Source: an uncultured Hyphomicrobiales bacterium (GTDB lineage: Bacteria; Pseudomonadota; Alphaproteobacteria; Rhizobiales; Beijerinckiaceae). Taken from it: a stretch of 64,000 bases of DNA. Below are positions 55,431-64,000 of the stretch, piece by piece; position 1 is the stretch's first letter, and every line of letters begins with the position of its first letter. The notes beneath the pieces are model-generated. The model saw only the letters and a list, made by a program, of their open reading frames with translations, did not search any database and was not told the DNA's origin. The stretch covers positions 11,971-75,970 of the forward strand of contig CAIKAR010000059.1 in assembly GCA_903825465.1 (NCBI GenBank). Reading direction: 5' to 3'. Both the position numbers and the translations under genes were made by a program.

Positions 55431-55438
55431 TTCAACTC

Positions 55439-57112
55439 CTATTCGGCGGCGGACACGCGGACGAATCCCTCGCGCAGGTCGTTCTCGACGGCGGCTTTCG
55501 AGCGCGCCCCGGGGTCGCCGTAGCCGCCGCCGCCCGCCGTGAAGAAAGCCACGGAATCGCCGGCTTGCAAGGGGATTTGCGTGCCCTTCAGCACGCGCGT
55601 TTCCGGCGCGCCGCTCGCGTGGCGGATGATCGCGTAATTGGCGCCGCCCGAGCCGCCGCCATGCAGGCCCCATGGCGGCAGTTTCGTGCGCTCGAAATTG
55701 ATGTTCACTTGGCAGGGCACGAGGCATTTGTAGGTGAGTTCGACGCCGAGCCCGCCGCGGAATTTGCCCACCCCGCCGCTGCCGTCCCGCAGGCGATGGT
55801 TTTCCACCAGGAATGGATAGCGTATTTCCTGCAATTCCACCGGCGAATTGCGCACGTCGCCCTGGCACACCGAGACGCTGGCGTCCTCGCCGTCTTCGTG
55901 CGGGCGGCCTCCCCATCCCCCGCCGAAGATGTTCATCAGCAGGAAGCGCTGGTTGTCCCCGGTGACGCCGTAGAACGAGCAGCCGCCCATGTCGCCCTTG
56001 TGCGCGGCGGGAATCGCCTCCGGCAGCGCCGGCGCCAGCGCCTTCAAAATCGTGTCGATGGTGGTGGGCAGCGCGATGCTCCACAGGCCGAGCGCGGCGG
56101 GCGGACGCGCGCTGACAAGCGTGCCCTCGGGGAGGATCACCTCAAGCGAGCGGAAGCAGCCCTCGTTCACGTCGAGGTCGGGCGAGGTCAGCGCCTTGAA
56201 GGCGACGCGCGCCGCCGCCACGCCGCCCGAGCGGCCCGAATTGACGGGGCTGTTCGTCTGGGGGTTCATCTCGGAGAAGTCGATCGACATGGTCGAGCCC
56301 TTGACGCGCACGGTGACCTTTATGCGCAGCGTCTTTTCCAGGTCGCGGCCGTCGTTGTCGAGGAAGCTCTCGGCCGTGTAGACGCCATCCGGAATCTTCT
56401 CGACGACCTTGCGCACCGCGAGGTCCGCCTGGTCCCACACGCGGGCGACGCATGCTTCCACGGTCGCGCGGCCGTAGCGCTGGAGCAGTTCCACATAGCG
56501 CCGCGCGCCCAGCTGGCACGAGGCGATTTGCGCGCGCATGTCGCCGAGCGCCGCGTCGGGAAACCGCGTGTTGTCGGTGATGATCTGCCACAGCGTGTCG
56601 TTGCGCTTGCCGGCCTCGTAGATTTTCAGCGAGCGCATCTGAACGCCCTCCGCGAAAATCTCCGTGGTCGCCGACGAGCCGAAGCCGATGCGCGCGCCGC
56701 CGATGTCGACCCAGTGCGCGCGGTTGGCGGTGAAGGCGACGATCTCGCCCTCGAAGAAGACGGGGCAGTAGAGCACGACGTTGTTGAGATGCTGTCCGCA
56801 GGTCTCGCCGTGGTTCATGATCAACACGTCGCCCGGCGCGAAGCCGTCGAGGCCCCAGCGGCGCACGCCGTCCTCGATGGCGATGCCGAGGTCGGCGAGG
56901 AAGATCGGCAAGCCGCCGCGGTTCTGCGAAATCATGCGGCCTTGGAGGTCGATGAGGCCGCAGCAATAGTCGCGCACCTCGTAGATCATCATGTTGTAGG
57001 CCGCCTTGCAGAGCGCGTTGCCCATCTCGTCGGCGTAGGCGACGATGGCGTTGCGCACGACCTCGACGGTGATTGGATGAGCCTCGGCGGCGCTTGATGT
57101 CTCGGGGGTCAT
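55439..57112 (-). CDS. Hydantoinase B/oxoprolinase family subunit, copy 2
   Basis: HPITVEVV, YNMMIYEVRDY, HWVDIGG, DGSGGVGKFRGG, TAGGGGYGDP. Confidence 0.92.
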   Translation of the reverse strand: MTPETSSAAEAHPITVEVVRNAIVAYADEMGNALCKAAYNMMIYEVRDYCCGLIDLQGRMISQNRGGLPIFLADLGIAIEDGVRRWGLDGFAPGDVLIMNHGETCGQHLNNVVLYCPVFFEGEIVAFTANRAHWVDIGGARIGFGSSATTEIFAEGVQMRSLKIYEAGKRNDTLWQIITDNTRFPDAALGDMRAQIASCQLGARRYVELLQRYGRATVEACVARVWDQADLAVRKVVEKIPDGVYTAESFLDNDGRDLEKTLRIKVTVRVKGSTMSIDFSEMNPQTNSPVNSGRSGGVAAARVAFKALTSPDLDVNEGCFRSLEVILPEGTLVSARPPAALGLWSIALPTTIDTILKALAPALPEAIPAAHKGDMGGCSFYGVTGDNQRFLLMNIFGGGWGGRPHEDGEDASVSVCQGDVRNSPVELQEIRYPFLVENHRLRDGSGGVGKFRGGLGVELTYKCLVPCQVNINFERTKLPPWGLHGGGSGGANYAIIRHASGAPETRVLKGTQIPLQAGDSVAFFTAGGGGYGDPGARSKAAVENDLREGFVRVSAAE

Positions 57113-57124
57113 GGCGGCTCTCCC

Positions 57125-59176
57125 TTAAAACGCGACGTCGATGACGAGGTGGCCGGCGTCCGTCACGCGCGCCTTGTCGCCGGGGTGGATCAGTATCGTC
57201 GAATTCGGCTCCTCGACGACGGCGGGGCCGTCGAAAACGAAGCCCGCGGGCAAGGACGGGCGCCACAGAATGCGCGCGTCGACGGGCTTTTCCGGATCGC
57301 CAAACACCACCTTGCGCGATGTCTCGGGCGCGTCGCTCGTCGGCGTCCACGGGCGGGACATGGATTCCTCCGCCACGGTGTCGGCGCGCGGCGCCGTCAG
57401 CACGAGGCGGATATTGACGATTTCGAGCGCCTCTTCCGCGGCCGCTTGGCCATAGCGCTGGTCGTGCTCGACATGGAAGAGCTCGCGGATTTTCGACACG
57501 TCGCCGGTCAGCATGTCGGGCCCGTCGACGGGAATGTGCAGCGCGTGTTCCTGGCCGACGTAGCGGAGGTCGGCGTTGAATTGCGTTTTCGCGATCCCGC
57601 GCGCGACGCCGTCGAGCTTCAACTGCTCGTCGCCGGCGGCGGCGAGCTCCTTGAATATGGTCGCGACCCCGGAGGGATCGAGCTGGCCGAGCCGCCCCAC
57701 GATCGTGCGCACGAAATCCTGCCGCCACGAGGCCATCAACATGCCGAGCGCCGAAAACGCGCCGGGCAGCTTGGGAATGATGACGCGCGGAATGAATATC
57801 TCGCGCGCGACGGCGACCGCGTGCATCGGGCCCGCGCCGCCGAAGGCGATCATCGTCGTTTCCCGCGGGTCCACGCCCTTGTTCACCGAGACCGCGCGCA
57901 CCGACAGCGACATGTTGGCGTCGGCGATGGTGGCGACGCCGATGGCCGCTTCCTCCACCGACAGCTTCAGCGGATCGGCGACTTTCGCCTTGATCGCCCC
58001 GCGCGCCGCCTCCACGTCGAGCGGCATGCCGCCGTTGAGGAACCGCTTGGGATTGATGCGGCCGAGCACGAGGTCGGCGTCGGTGATGACGGGCGTGTCC
58101 GAGCCCCTGCCGTAGCACGCGGGGCCGGGATCGGCGCCGGCGCTTTGCGGCCCGACATGCAATCCGCCGGTGTCGTCCACCCAGGCGATGGAACCGCCGC
58201 CGGTGCCGACTTCGACGATATCGACGACGGGCAGCTGCATGGGCTGGCCGCTCGCCAGCGGGCCAATCACATAGCCTTCTTCGACCGCGGGCGCGCCGTG
58301 AAGGATGAGGCTCGATTTCGCCGTCGTGCCGCCCATGTCGAAGCCGATGGCCTGTTCGATGCCAAGCTGCTTGCACAGGATGCCCGCCGCGATCATGCCG
58401 GCGACGGGGCCGGATTCCATCATGGACACCGGCTGCGAGCGCGCCATCGACGCGGACATGACGCCGCCGTTCGAGCGCATGAGGCGCATCTTGCCGGAAA
58501 ACCTCTCGCCGCGAAGCCACGTTTCGAGGTTGCCAAGATAGTCGCGCACGCGCGGCCCGACATAGGCGTTGAGCACGGTCGTCGACGTGCGCTCGTACTC
58601 GCGGAACTCGCGCAGGATTTCGTGCGACAGCGTGACGAAGAGGCCGGGGCTCGCCTCGCGAAGGGCCTCGCCGATGGCGCGTTCGTGCGCGGGGTTGGCG
58701 TAGGAATGCAGAAGACACACGGCGACGGAGGCCGCGTTCGCGTCGAGGACCGCCTTCACGACGGCGTCGATCCCGCCGCGCGACAACTCCTTCAGCGCGC
58801 GGCCCGCGGGATCGAGCCGCTCGTCGACCTCGAACGTCAGGTGGCGCGCCACGAGCGGCTTCGGCCTGTGAAAGAACAGGTTGAACGCTTCGATGCGGTT
58901 GCCCCGGCCAATGGCGTAGACATCGCGAAAACCCTTGGTCGTGATCAGCGCCGTCTTCGCGCCCTTGCGCTCGAGGACGGTGTTGATCGCGATGGTCGAG
59001 CCATGCAGCAACTCGCCAAGGCCCGGCAGGTCGCATTTCGCGAGCCGCAGGCTTTCGGCGACGCCTTCGCTCGGATCGGCCGGCGTCGTGGACGTCTTCG
59101 ACGAGACGATTTCGCCGTCGAGAACGCCGACGAGGTCGGTGAACGTGCCGCCAATATCAACGCCAACCATGTTCAT
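57125..59176 (-). CDS. Hydantoinase/oxoprolinase A subunit, copy 2
   Basis: DIGGTFTD, HGSTIAIN, GFDMGGTTAK, GTGGGS, SAGADPGPACYG; ATGA overlap with the upstream permease. Confidence 0.92.
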   Translation of the reverse strand: MNMVGVDIGGTFTDLVGVLDGEIVSSKTSTTPADPSEGVAESLRLAKCDLPGLGELLHGSTIAINTVLERKGAKTALITTKGFRDVYAIGRGNRIEAFNLFFHRPKPLVARHLTFEVDERLDPAGRALKELSRGGIDAVVKAVLDANAASVAVCLLHSYANPAHERAIGEALREASPGLFVTLSHEILREFREYERTSTTVLNAYVGPRVRDYLGNLETWLRGERFSGKMRLMRSNGGVMSASMARSQPVSMMESGPVAGMIAAGILCKQLGIEQAIGFDMGGTTAKSSLILHGAPAVEEGYVIGPLASGQPMQLPVVDIVEVGTGGGSIAWVDDTGGLHVGPQSAGADPGPACYGRGSDTPVITDADLVLGRINPKRFLNGGMPLDVEAARGAIKAKVADPLKLSVEEAAIGVATIADANMSLSVRAVSVNKGVDPRETTMIAFGGAGPMHAVAVAREIFIPRVIIPKLPGAFSALGMLMASWRQDFVRTIVGRLGQLDPSGVATIFKELAAAGDEQLKLDGVARGIAKTQFNADLRYVGQEHALHIPVDGPDMLTGDVSKIRELFHVEHDQRYGQAAAEEALEIVNIRLVLTAPRADTVAEESMSRPWTPTSDAPETSRKVVFGDPEKPVDARILWRPSLPAGFVFDGPAVVEEPNSTILIHPGDKARVTDAGHLVIDVAF

Positions 59177-60006
59177 TTCGATTTGGCTCCGGAAAGACCA
59201 AGTTTGGCCGGCGCGCGCGCGCCCGGCGTCAGGCGACGCTCGGCGACCCGCACCAGCGAGTTGAACAAAACCGCGATCAGCGCGAGCGTGCCGATCAGCG
59301 CGAACAGCGGCGCGGGATTGAAGTTTTCCGCGTAAAGCCGCGTGAAATAGCCGATGCCGCCGGTCGACACGTAAAGCTCGGCGAGAATCACGCCAAGCAT
59401 GGTCAACGTCATCGACAGGCGCAGGCCGGTGAAAAAAGCGGGCGCCATGTTGGGAGCGATCACGTGGCGCAGCAGGTCGGCGCGCGCGCCGCCCATCGAG
59501 GCGATGGCGCTGCGATGGAGCGGGTTGATGTCGCGCATCCCCGCGACCACGTTGACGATGATGGGAAAGATTCCATGCGTGAACCCAAACGCGATCTTGC
59601 CCGCCGCGCCCAGCCCGAAGATCAGGATGAACAGCGGCATCAGCGTGACTTGCGGAATGGCGTAAAGCAGCAACACGATGGGCAGGAAGCTGGCGCGGGC
59701 GAAGTTGGACACGCCGATTGAAATTCCGATCGCCGCGCCGAAAACGATGGACAACGCGTAGGCGACGGCGATTTCGAACACCGCCATGGAAAGCGCCCAA
59801 AAAATGCGCTCGTCGCTCATAACCGGGTTGAACCACGCGCCGACGATCGCCGAGACCGGCCGAATGAAGGCGGGGTCGGCGAAAAACCTGCCGTAGATTT
59901 CGAGCGCCGCCGCCGCCGCGAGGATGATCGCCCAGCGCGTCAACGACACCGCGCGCGCCCGCGGCATGCCCATGATGATTTCGCGCGGCGCGTCGATCAT
60001 GCTCAT
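59173..60006 (-). CDS. ABC permease, TauC/SsuC-like
   Basis: LYAIPQVTLMP, FPIIVNVVAG, FFTGLRL, LAELYVSTGGIG. Confidence 0.88.
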   Translation of the reverse strand: MSMIDAPREIIMGMPRARAVSLTRWAIILAAAAALEIYGRFFADPAFIRPVSAIVGAWFNPVMSDERIFWALSMAVFEIAVAYALSIVFGAAIGISIGVSNFARASFLPIVLLLYAIPQVTLMPLFILIFGLGAAGKIAFGFTHGIFPIIVNVVAGMRDINPLHRSAIASMGGARADLLRHVIAPNMAPAFFTGLRLSMTLTMLGVILAELYVSTGGIGYFTRLYAENFNPAPLFALIGTLALIAVLFNSLVRVAERRLTPGARAPAKLGLSGAKSK

Positions 60007-60767
60007 CGCCGCGCGGCCTCGCTGGCCGTCGCCCGGTTCTCGATGGAGGTCATGACGAAATTGAGCGAGACCGCGAAGCAAATGACGACGACGATCCAGG
60101 CGTACATGCGCGCCGAATCCATCAGTTCCGCGGCGAGCGCGATATTGCGCCCGACGCCGGCGATCGACGACAGCGCCTCGCCGCCGAGCACCGACGCGAA
60201 ACAGATGAAGAATCCGACGCGCAGCCCCGTCACAAGCACCGGAAACGCGGAAGGCAACAACACGTGCCGAAATGTTTCCAGCGACGACGCGCCCATCGAG
60301 CGCGCGGCGCGCAGGTAGCGCTCGTCCGCGCGGCCAAGCCCGGCGATGGTGTTGAGCGCGATGGGAAAGAAGCCGTAGACCGCCCCGTAAGCGACCTTGG
60401 AGCCGGCGCCGATGCCGAAGAAAAGGATGAACATCGGGAAGAACAGCGTGATGGGAATGGTGAAAAGGCCGGCGATGATCGGCTCGAACACCTCGGTCCA
60501 GAATTTCGAGCGCGTCACCAGCCAGCCGGCGAAGACGCCGGCGACGACCGCGATGCCATAAGCCTTGGCGATGGTGGCCAGCGTCACCCCGACGGCCGAC
60601 CAGAACGGCGCCGCGACGACAAGCCGCGACACGGCGGTGTAAACCGCTTCGGGCGGCGGCAAAAACAGCGGGCTGACGGCGTGGCTCGATGTGAGCAGCC
60701 ACCACGCGCCGCCGACGACGCCCAAGAACGCGATTTGAATCGAGCGTTGGGCGAAGGCGCCGGTCAC
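60003..60767 (-). CDS. ABC permease, TauC/SsuC-like
   Basis: FFPIALNTIAG, EAA-like LRAARSMGAS, VTGLRVG, GGEAL. Confidence 0.88.
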   Translation of the reverse strand: MTGAFAQRSIQIAFLGVVGGAWWLLTSSHAVSPLFLPPPEAVYTAVSRLVVAAPFWSAVGVTLATIAKAYGIAVVAGVFAGWLVTRSKFWTEVFEPIIAGLFTIPITLFFPMFILFFGIGAGSKVAYGAVYGFFPIALNTIAGLGRADERYLRAARSMGASSLETFRHVLLPSAFPVLVTGLRVGFFICFASVLGGEALSSIAGVGRNIALAAELMDSARMYAWIVVVICFAVSLNFVMTSIENRATASEAARR

Positions 60768-61630
60768 GCGCCGCCTCCGTCCGCGTCGCGTTGCAGCGCC
60801 ATCGCCCGCCGGATTTCATCGCGCAGCAGGGCGAACAGCTCGTTGCGCATTTCGCCGAAGCGCGGCTCGAGCATGAAGTCGGGCGCGCGCGGATGCCTCT
60901 CGTTGACGTTGACGATGGTTTTCACCCGGCCGGGCCGCGCCGTCATGACAACGATTCTGTCCGAGAGGAAAACGGCTTCGGCCAGCGAGTGCGTCACGAA
61001 GACAATGGTCTTGCCCGTCTTCGCCAGCAGCGTCGAAAGGTCCTCGCCGAGCACCATGCGGCTTTGCTCGTCGAGCGCCGCGAAAGGCTCGTCCATCAAG
61101 AGGATGTTGGTGCGCACGCAGATGCCGCGCGCCATGTTGACGCGCTGGCGCATGCCGACCGAAAGCTGCGTTGGATAATGCCGCGCGAATCCGCCCATGC
61201 CGACGGCCTTCAGCGCGTCCATCGCCAGGTCGTCCCGCTCGGATTTCGGCACGCCCTGGAATTTCAGCGCGATGCGGAAATTCTCGATGATCGTGTACCA
61301 GGGAAACAGCGTGCTTTCCTGAAACACAAACGCGATCTCGTCCGGACGCGGCGCGCCGTCGACGCGCTTGCCGGCGACCGTCACCTCCCCGCTGGTCGGC
61401 TTGAACAGGCCGCCGATGATGTTCAGCAGCGTGCTCTTGCCGCAGCCCGACGGCCCCAGCAGGCAGACGAATTCACCTGGCGCGATGTCGAGCGAAATGT
61501 CGTCGAGCGCCAGGACGCCCTGCGCCGCGCCGACCGCGCCAAAGCGCTGCGTCACGCCGCGAATAGATATGGCCGGCGCGAGCCCCGCCGCCGTCGCGCC
61601 GGCGCCAATGGCCGTGGCGGCCTCGCTCAA
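60764..61630 (-). CDS. ABC ATP-binding protein, TauB/SsuB-like
   Basis: GPSGCGKST, LSVGMRQR, LLMDEPF, VFVTH. Confidence 0.93.
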   Translation of the reverse strand: MSEAATAIGAGATAAGLAPAISIRGVTQRFGAVGAAQGVLALDDISLDIAPGEFVCLLGPSGCGKSTLLNIIGGLFKPTSGEVTVAGKRVDGAPRPDEIAFVFQESTLFPWYTIIENFRIALKFQGVPKSERDDLAMDALKAVGMGGFARHYPTQLSVGMRQRVNMARGICVRTNILLMDEPFAALDEQSRMVLGEDLSTLLAKTGKTIVFVTHSLAEAVFLSDRIVVMTARPGRVKTIVNVNERHPRAPDFMLEPRFGEMRNELFALLRDEIRRAMALQRDADGGGA

Positions 61631-62607
61631 AGCCTCACCGGCGTGAAATCCGGATCGTACATCGCCGCCGCCGCCGGCTCGGCGTCGGTGATGCCGAGCT
61701 CCTTCAACGAGGCGCGGATCGTGTCAACCGCCTTTGGCGAGAAGGCCCCGTCGAAGGAGATCATGCTCATCTCGGTGTCGTAGGATTCGTCGACGATCTT
61801 TTCGCTGTAGTTCGTCGCCTTGGCGAGGACGCGCACGGCGTCGGCCCTGTGGTCGCGGATGTAGGCGACGGTGGTGAACCAGCCGTGGAGGAAACGCCTC
61901 AGCAATTCGGGGTTCTTTTGTATCAACGCGTCGGTGGCGAAAATCACATGCGTGATGAAGTCCGGCGTGATCTGGCCGAAGTTCATCAGGATGTCGCCGC
62001 CTCCTTGCGCCTTGTAGTCGTAGCCTTCCTCGATCGCGGTGACGCTGCCTTGCAACTCGCCGGCCTTCATCGCGATGGCGCGGGTGCGCACCTCGCCCAT
62101 CGGCACGGTTTGAATGCCGTCGGGGCCCCAGCCCTCCCTGGTTGAAATCGCGCGCACCAGCCAGTCCGTCAGCGAGCCGGCGGTGCTGACGCCGATTTTC
62201 TTGCCGCGCAGGTCGGCGATGGATTTCACCGGCCCGTCCTTCGGCACAACGAGGCACATGTTGCGGGGTGGATTGGCCATCACCGCGACAGCGTGGGCCG
62301 GCACGCCCTTGGACGCGTAGCCCATGCCGGGGCCCGAGCCGAAGCCAATGTCGATGGCCCCGGCGGTCAGGGCTTGTTGGATCTGCCCGTCGCCGCGAAA
62401 CGTGGAGATCGTCACATCGATGTTTTCGGCGGTGAAAACTCCGGCCTGCTGGCCGACATCGACGCCCGCCATTGGGAAGGAGTTGACGATCGTCTTGCCA
62501 ACGCGCAGCGAATCCGCCGCGCGCGCGACGGTCGGCGCGAGAGCCATCGCCGCGGCGCCCGTGGCGATGGCGCGCCGTCTCGATATTGGCCGGAATAGGA
62601 CGGGCAT
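61627..62607 (-). CDS. ABC substrate-binding protein, NMT1/SsuA-like
   Basis: SRRR Tat-like signal; DLRGKKIGVSTAGSLTD. Confidence 0.87.
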   Translation of the reverse strand: MPVLFRPISRRRAIATGAAAMALAPTVARAADSLRVGKTIVNSFPMAGVDVGQQAGVFTAENIDVTISTFRGDGQIQQALTAGAIDIGFGSGPGMGYASKGVPAHAVAVMANPPRNMCLVVPKDGPVKSIADLRGKKIGVSTAGSLTDWLVRAISTREGWGPDGIQTVPMGEVRTRAIAMKAGELQGSVTAIEEGYDYKAQGGGDILMNFGQITPDFITHVIFATDALIQKNPELLRRFLHGWFTTVAYIRDHRADAVRVLAKATNYSEKIVDESYDTEMSMISFDGAFSPKAVDTIRASLKELGITDAEPAAAAMYDPDFTPVRL

Positions 62608-62766
62608 CGCTGAATCCCCCAGCGCCGGAGTGGCGCTCCCGGTCGCGCGCCCTTTTACGGATTTGGCGCTGTCGCGCAAGGGGTGGTTGCCTTGGCGGCG
62701 GAAAGCGCCTTACCATCGCCCAAACGCCGGCGCCCTCGAGGCGGCCGATTTGGGAGGGACGCGCCG

Positions 62767-63852
62767 ATGCCGATGGGTTGGGGTCTCCGCCGCGCGCGGA
62801 CTTTTCCCTCCGTTCACGGCAAGCGGGTGGCCGGGCGGGGAAAAGGCGCGCGCGCCGCGATTTGCGCCCTTTCCCTCCTTTCCGCCATCCCCGCCCGCGC
62901 GCAATCCGTCGCCGACTTCTACAAGACCCACAATCTCACGATTGTGGTCGGCATTGTGGCCGGCAGCACCTATGACCTCAGCGCCCGCCTGATCGCGCGC
63001 GGCATGACGCGCCATCTGCCGGGCAATCCCGCGGTTGTCGTGCAAAATATGCACGGCGCCAATTCCATCATCTCGGCGAACTACGTCTACAACGCCGCGC
63101 CAAAGGACGGATCCGTGATCTGGACGGGATCGCGCCTCGCCGCGTTCGAGCCGCTGTTCGGCAATTCCAACGCCAAATACGACGCGCTCAAGGCGCGCTG
63201 GCTTGGCAGCACCGCGAGCGAAAACGGCGTCGTCGCCGTCTGGCACGCCGCGCCGCATCTCACCGCGCAAGACCTGTTCGACAAGGAACTGATCGTCGGC
63301 GCGACCGATCCCGGCGGCGACACCTATATGTACCCGACCGCCCTCAATCGGCTGCTTGGCGCGAAGTTCAAGCTCATCGGCGGCTACGCCGGACCGGAGC
63401 CGATCGCGCTCGCCATGGAGCGTGGCGAGGTGCAGGGCAACGGCAGTTGGTCCTGGTCGAACATTCCCTTCGCCCATCCGCAATGGCTGGCGGAAAAGAA
63501 AATCCGCGTGTTGATGCAACTTGGCGTCGACAAGCATCCCGATTTGCAGGACGTGCCGCTGGCGACGGAGTTCGCGAAGACCGACGAACAGCGGCAGGTG
63601 TTGTCGATCCTCATGGGCATGAAGAAATTCTCGTTCCCGTTTTTCGCGCCGCCGGGCGTGCCCGAAGACCGCGCGGCGGCTTTGCAAAAAGCGTTCGAGG
63701 AAACATTGCGGGACGAGGAGTTCCTGGCCGATTCGAAAACGCAGGGACGCGGCGTCGGCATGGCCGGCGGCGCGGAGACAACGGCCGCCTACAGAGCCGC
63801 GTACGCGCTGCCGGAGAACGTGATTGAACGGGCGCGGGAGGTGGCGCGGTGA
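62767..63852 (+). CDS. Bug/TctC substrate-binding protein
   Basis: AQSVADFYK, NMHGANSI, AMERGEVQG, FFAPPGVP. Start uncertain. Confidence 0.87.
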   Translation: MPMGWGLRRARTFPSVHGKRVAGRGKGARAAICALSLLSAIPARAQSVADFYKTHNLTIVVGIVAGSTYDLSARLIARGMTRHLPGNPAVVVQNMHGANSIISANYVYNAAPKDGSVIWTGSRLAAFEPLFGNSNAKYDALKARWLGSTASENGVVAVWHAAPHLTAQDLFDKELIVGATDPGGDTYMYPTALNRLLGAKFKLIGGYAGPEPIALAMERGEVQGNGSWSWSNIPFAHPQWLAEKKIRVLMQLGVDKHPDLQDVPLATEFAKTDEQRQVLSILMGMKKFSFPFFAPPGVPEDRAAALQKAFEETLRDEEFLADSKTQGRGVGMAGGAETTAAYRAAYALPENVIERAREVAR

Positions 63853-64000
63853 GGGAATGGCCAAGGCTTGGCGCCGCGCTCGCCGGGTTGGCCACGATAG
63901 TCGCTGCCGCCTTCCCCGCCCGCGCGCAGTCCGTCGCCGACTTCTACCGGGGCAAGACACTCACCATTGTTCTGGGCCTCGATCCCGGCGGCACCTATGA
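63849..64000 (+). CDS. Bug/TctC substrate-binding protein, 3'-partial
   Basis: GTGA overlap; signal peptide then AQSVADFYRGKTLTIVLGLDPGGTY. Confidence 0.8.
   Translation, partial: MREWPRLGAALAGLATIVAAAFPARAQSVADFYRGKTLTIVLGLDPGGTY

Noticed and set aside
52287-55523. 1078-aa plus-strand ORF
   Set aside because: Overlaps the reductase out of frame and the M24 genes in antisense; no recognisable domain.
56142-59036. 964-aa plus-strand ORF and other long overlapping ORFs
   Set aside because: Shadows of the hydantoinase genes caused by the scarcity of stop codons in GC-rich DNA.
62660-62690. sigma54 promoter upstream of the terminal Bug genes
   Set aside because: GG-to-GC spacing is 9 nt rather than the required 10.
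1-64000. Mobile elements, prophage, rRNA/tRNA, frameshifted pseudogenes
   Set aside because: No transposase, integrase or phage motifs, terminal repeats or tRNA cloverleaves recognised. All called genes are intact apart from truncation at the window edges.

Overview
GC-rich chromosomal segment that looks alphaproteobacterial (Hyphomicrobiales-like gene content and signals), with about 58 CDS and no rRNA, tRNA, CRISPR array, transposase or integrase recognised. Housekeeping blocks (comM/yifB with a LexA box, recG, pyrC-ygfZ-tag-HD-PTP, irr, rppH-yibQ-ctpA-envC-rlmH-rsfS-nadD, a sigma54-driven FNT-nirA-reductase operon) alternate with uncharacterised catabolic modules, six Bug/TctC binding proteins and several orphan ABC binding proteins. 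The strongest candidate for an undescribed system is a four-gene module present twice, in opposite orientations (16739-22732 and 53271-59176). Each copy encodes hydantoinase/oxoprolinase A and B subunits, an M24-fold enzyme with a non-canonical metal-ligand set and a degenerate M24 partner, and each has a different transporter. Also notable: a signal-peptide-bearing CxxCH/Vgb beta-propeller with a second propeller paralogue at the window start, a PAL-like NHL protein with apparently intact catalytic residues, and a cysteine-less racemase/AMDase-fold protein. Family calls come from motif recognition by eye; no searches were run.
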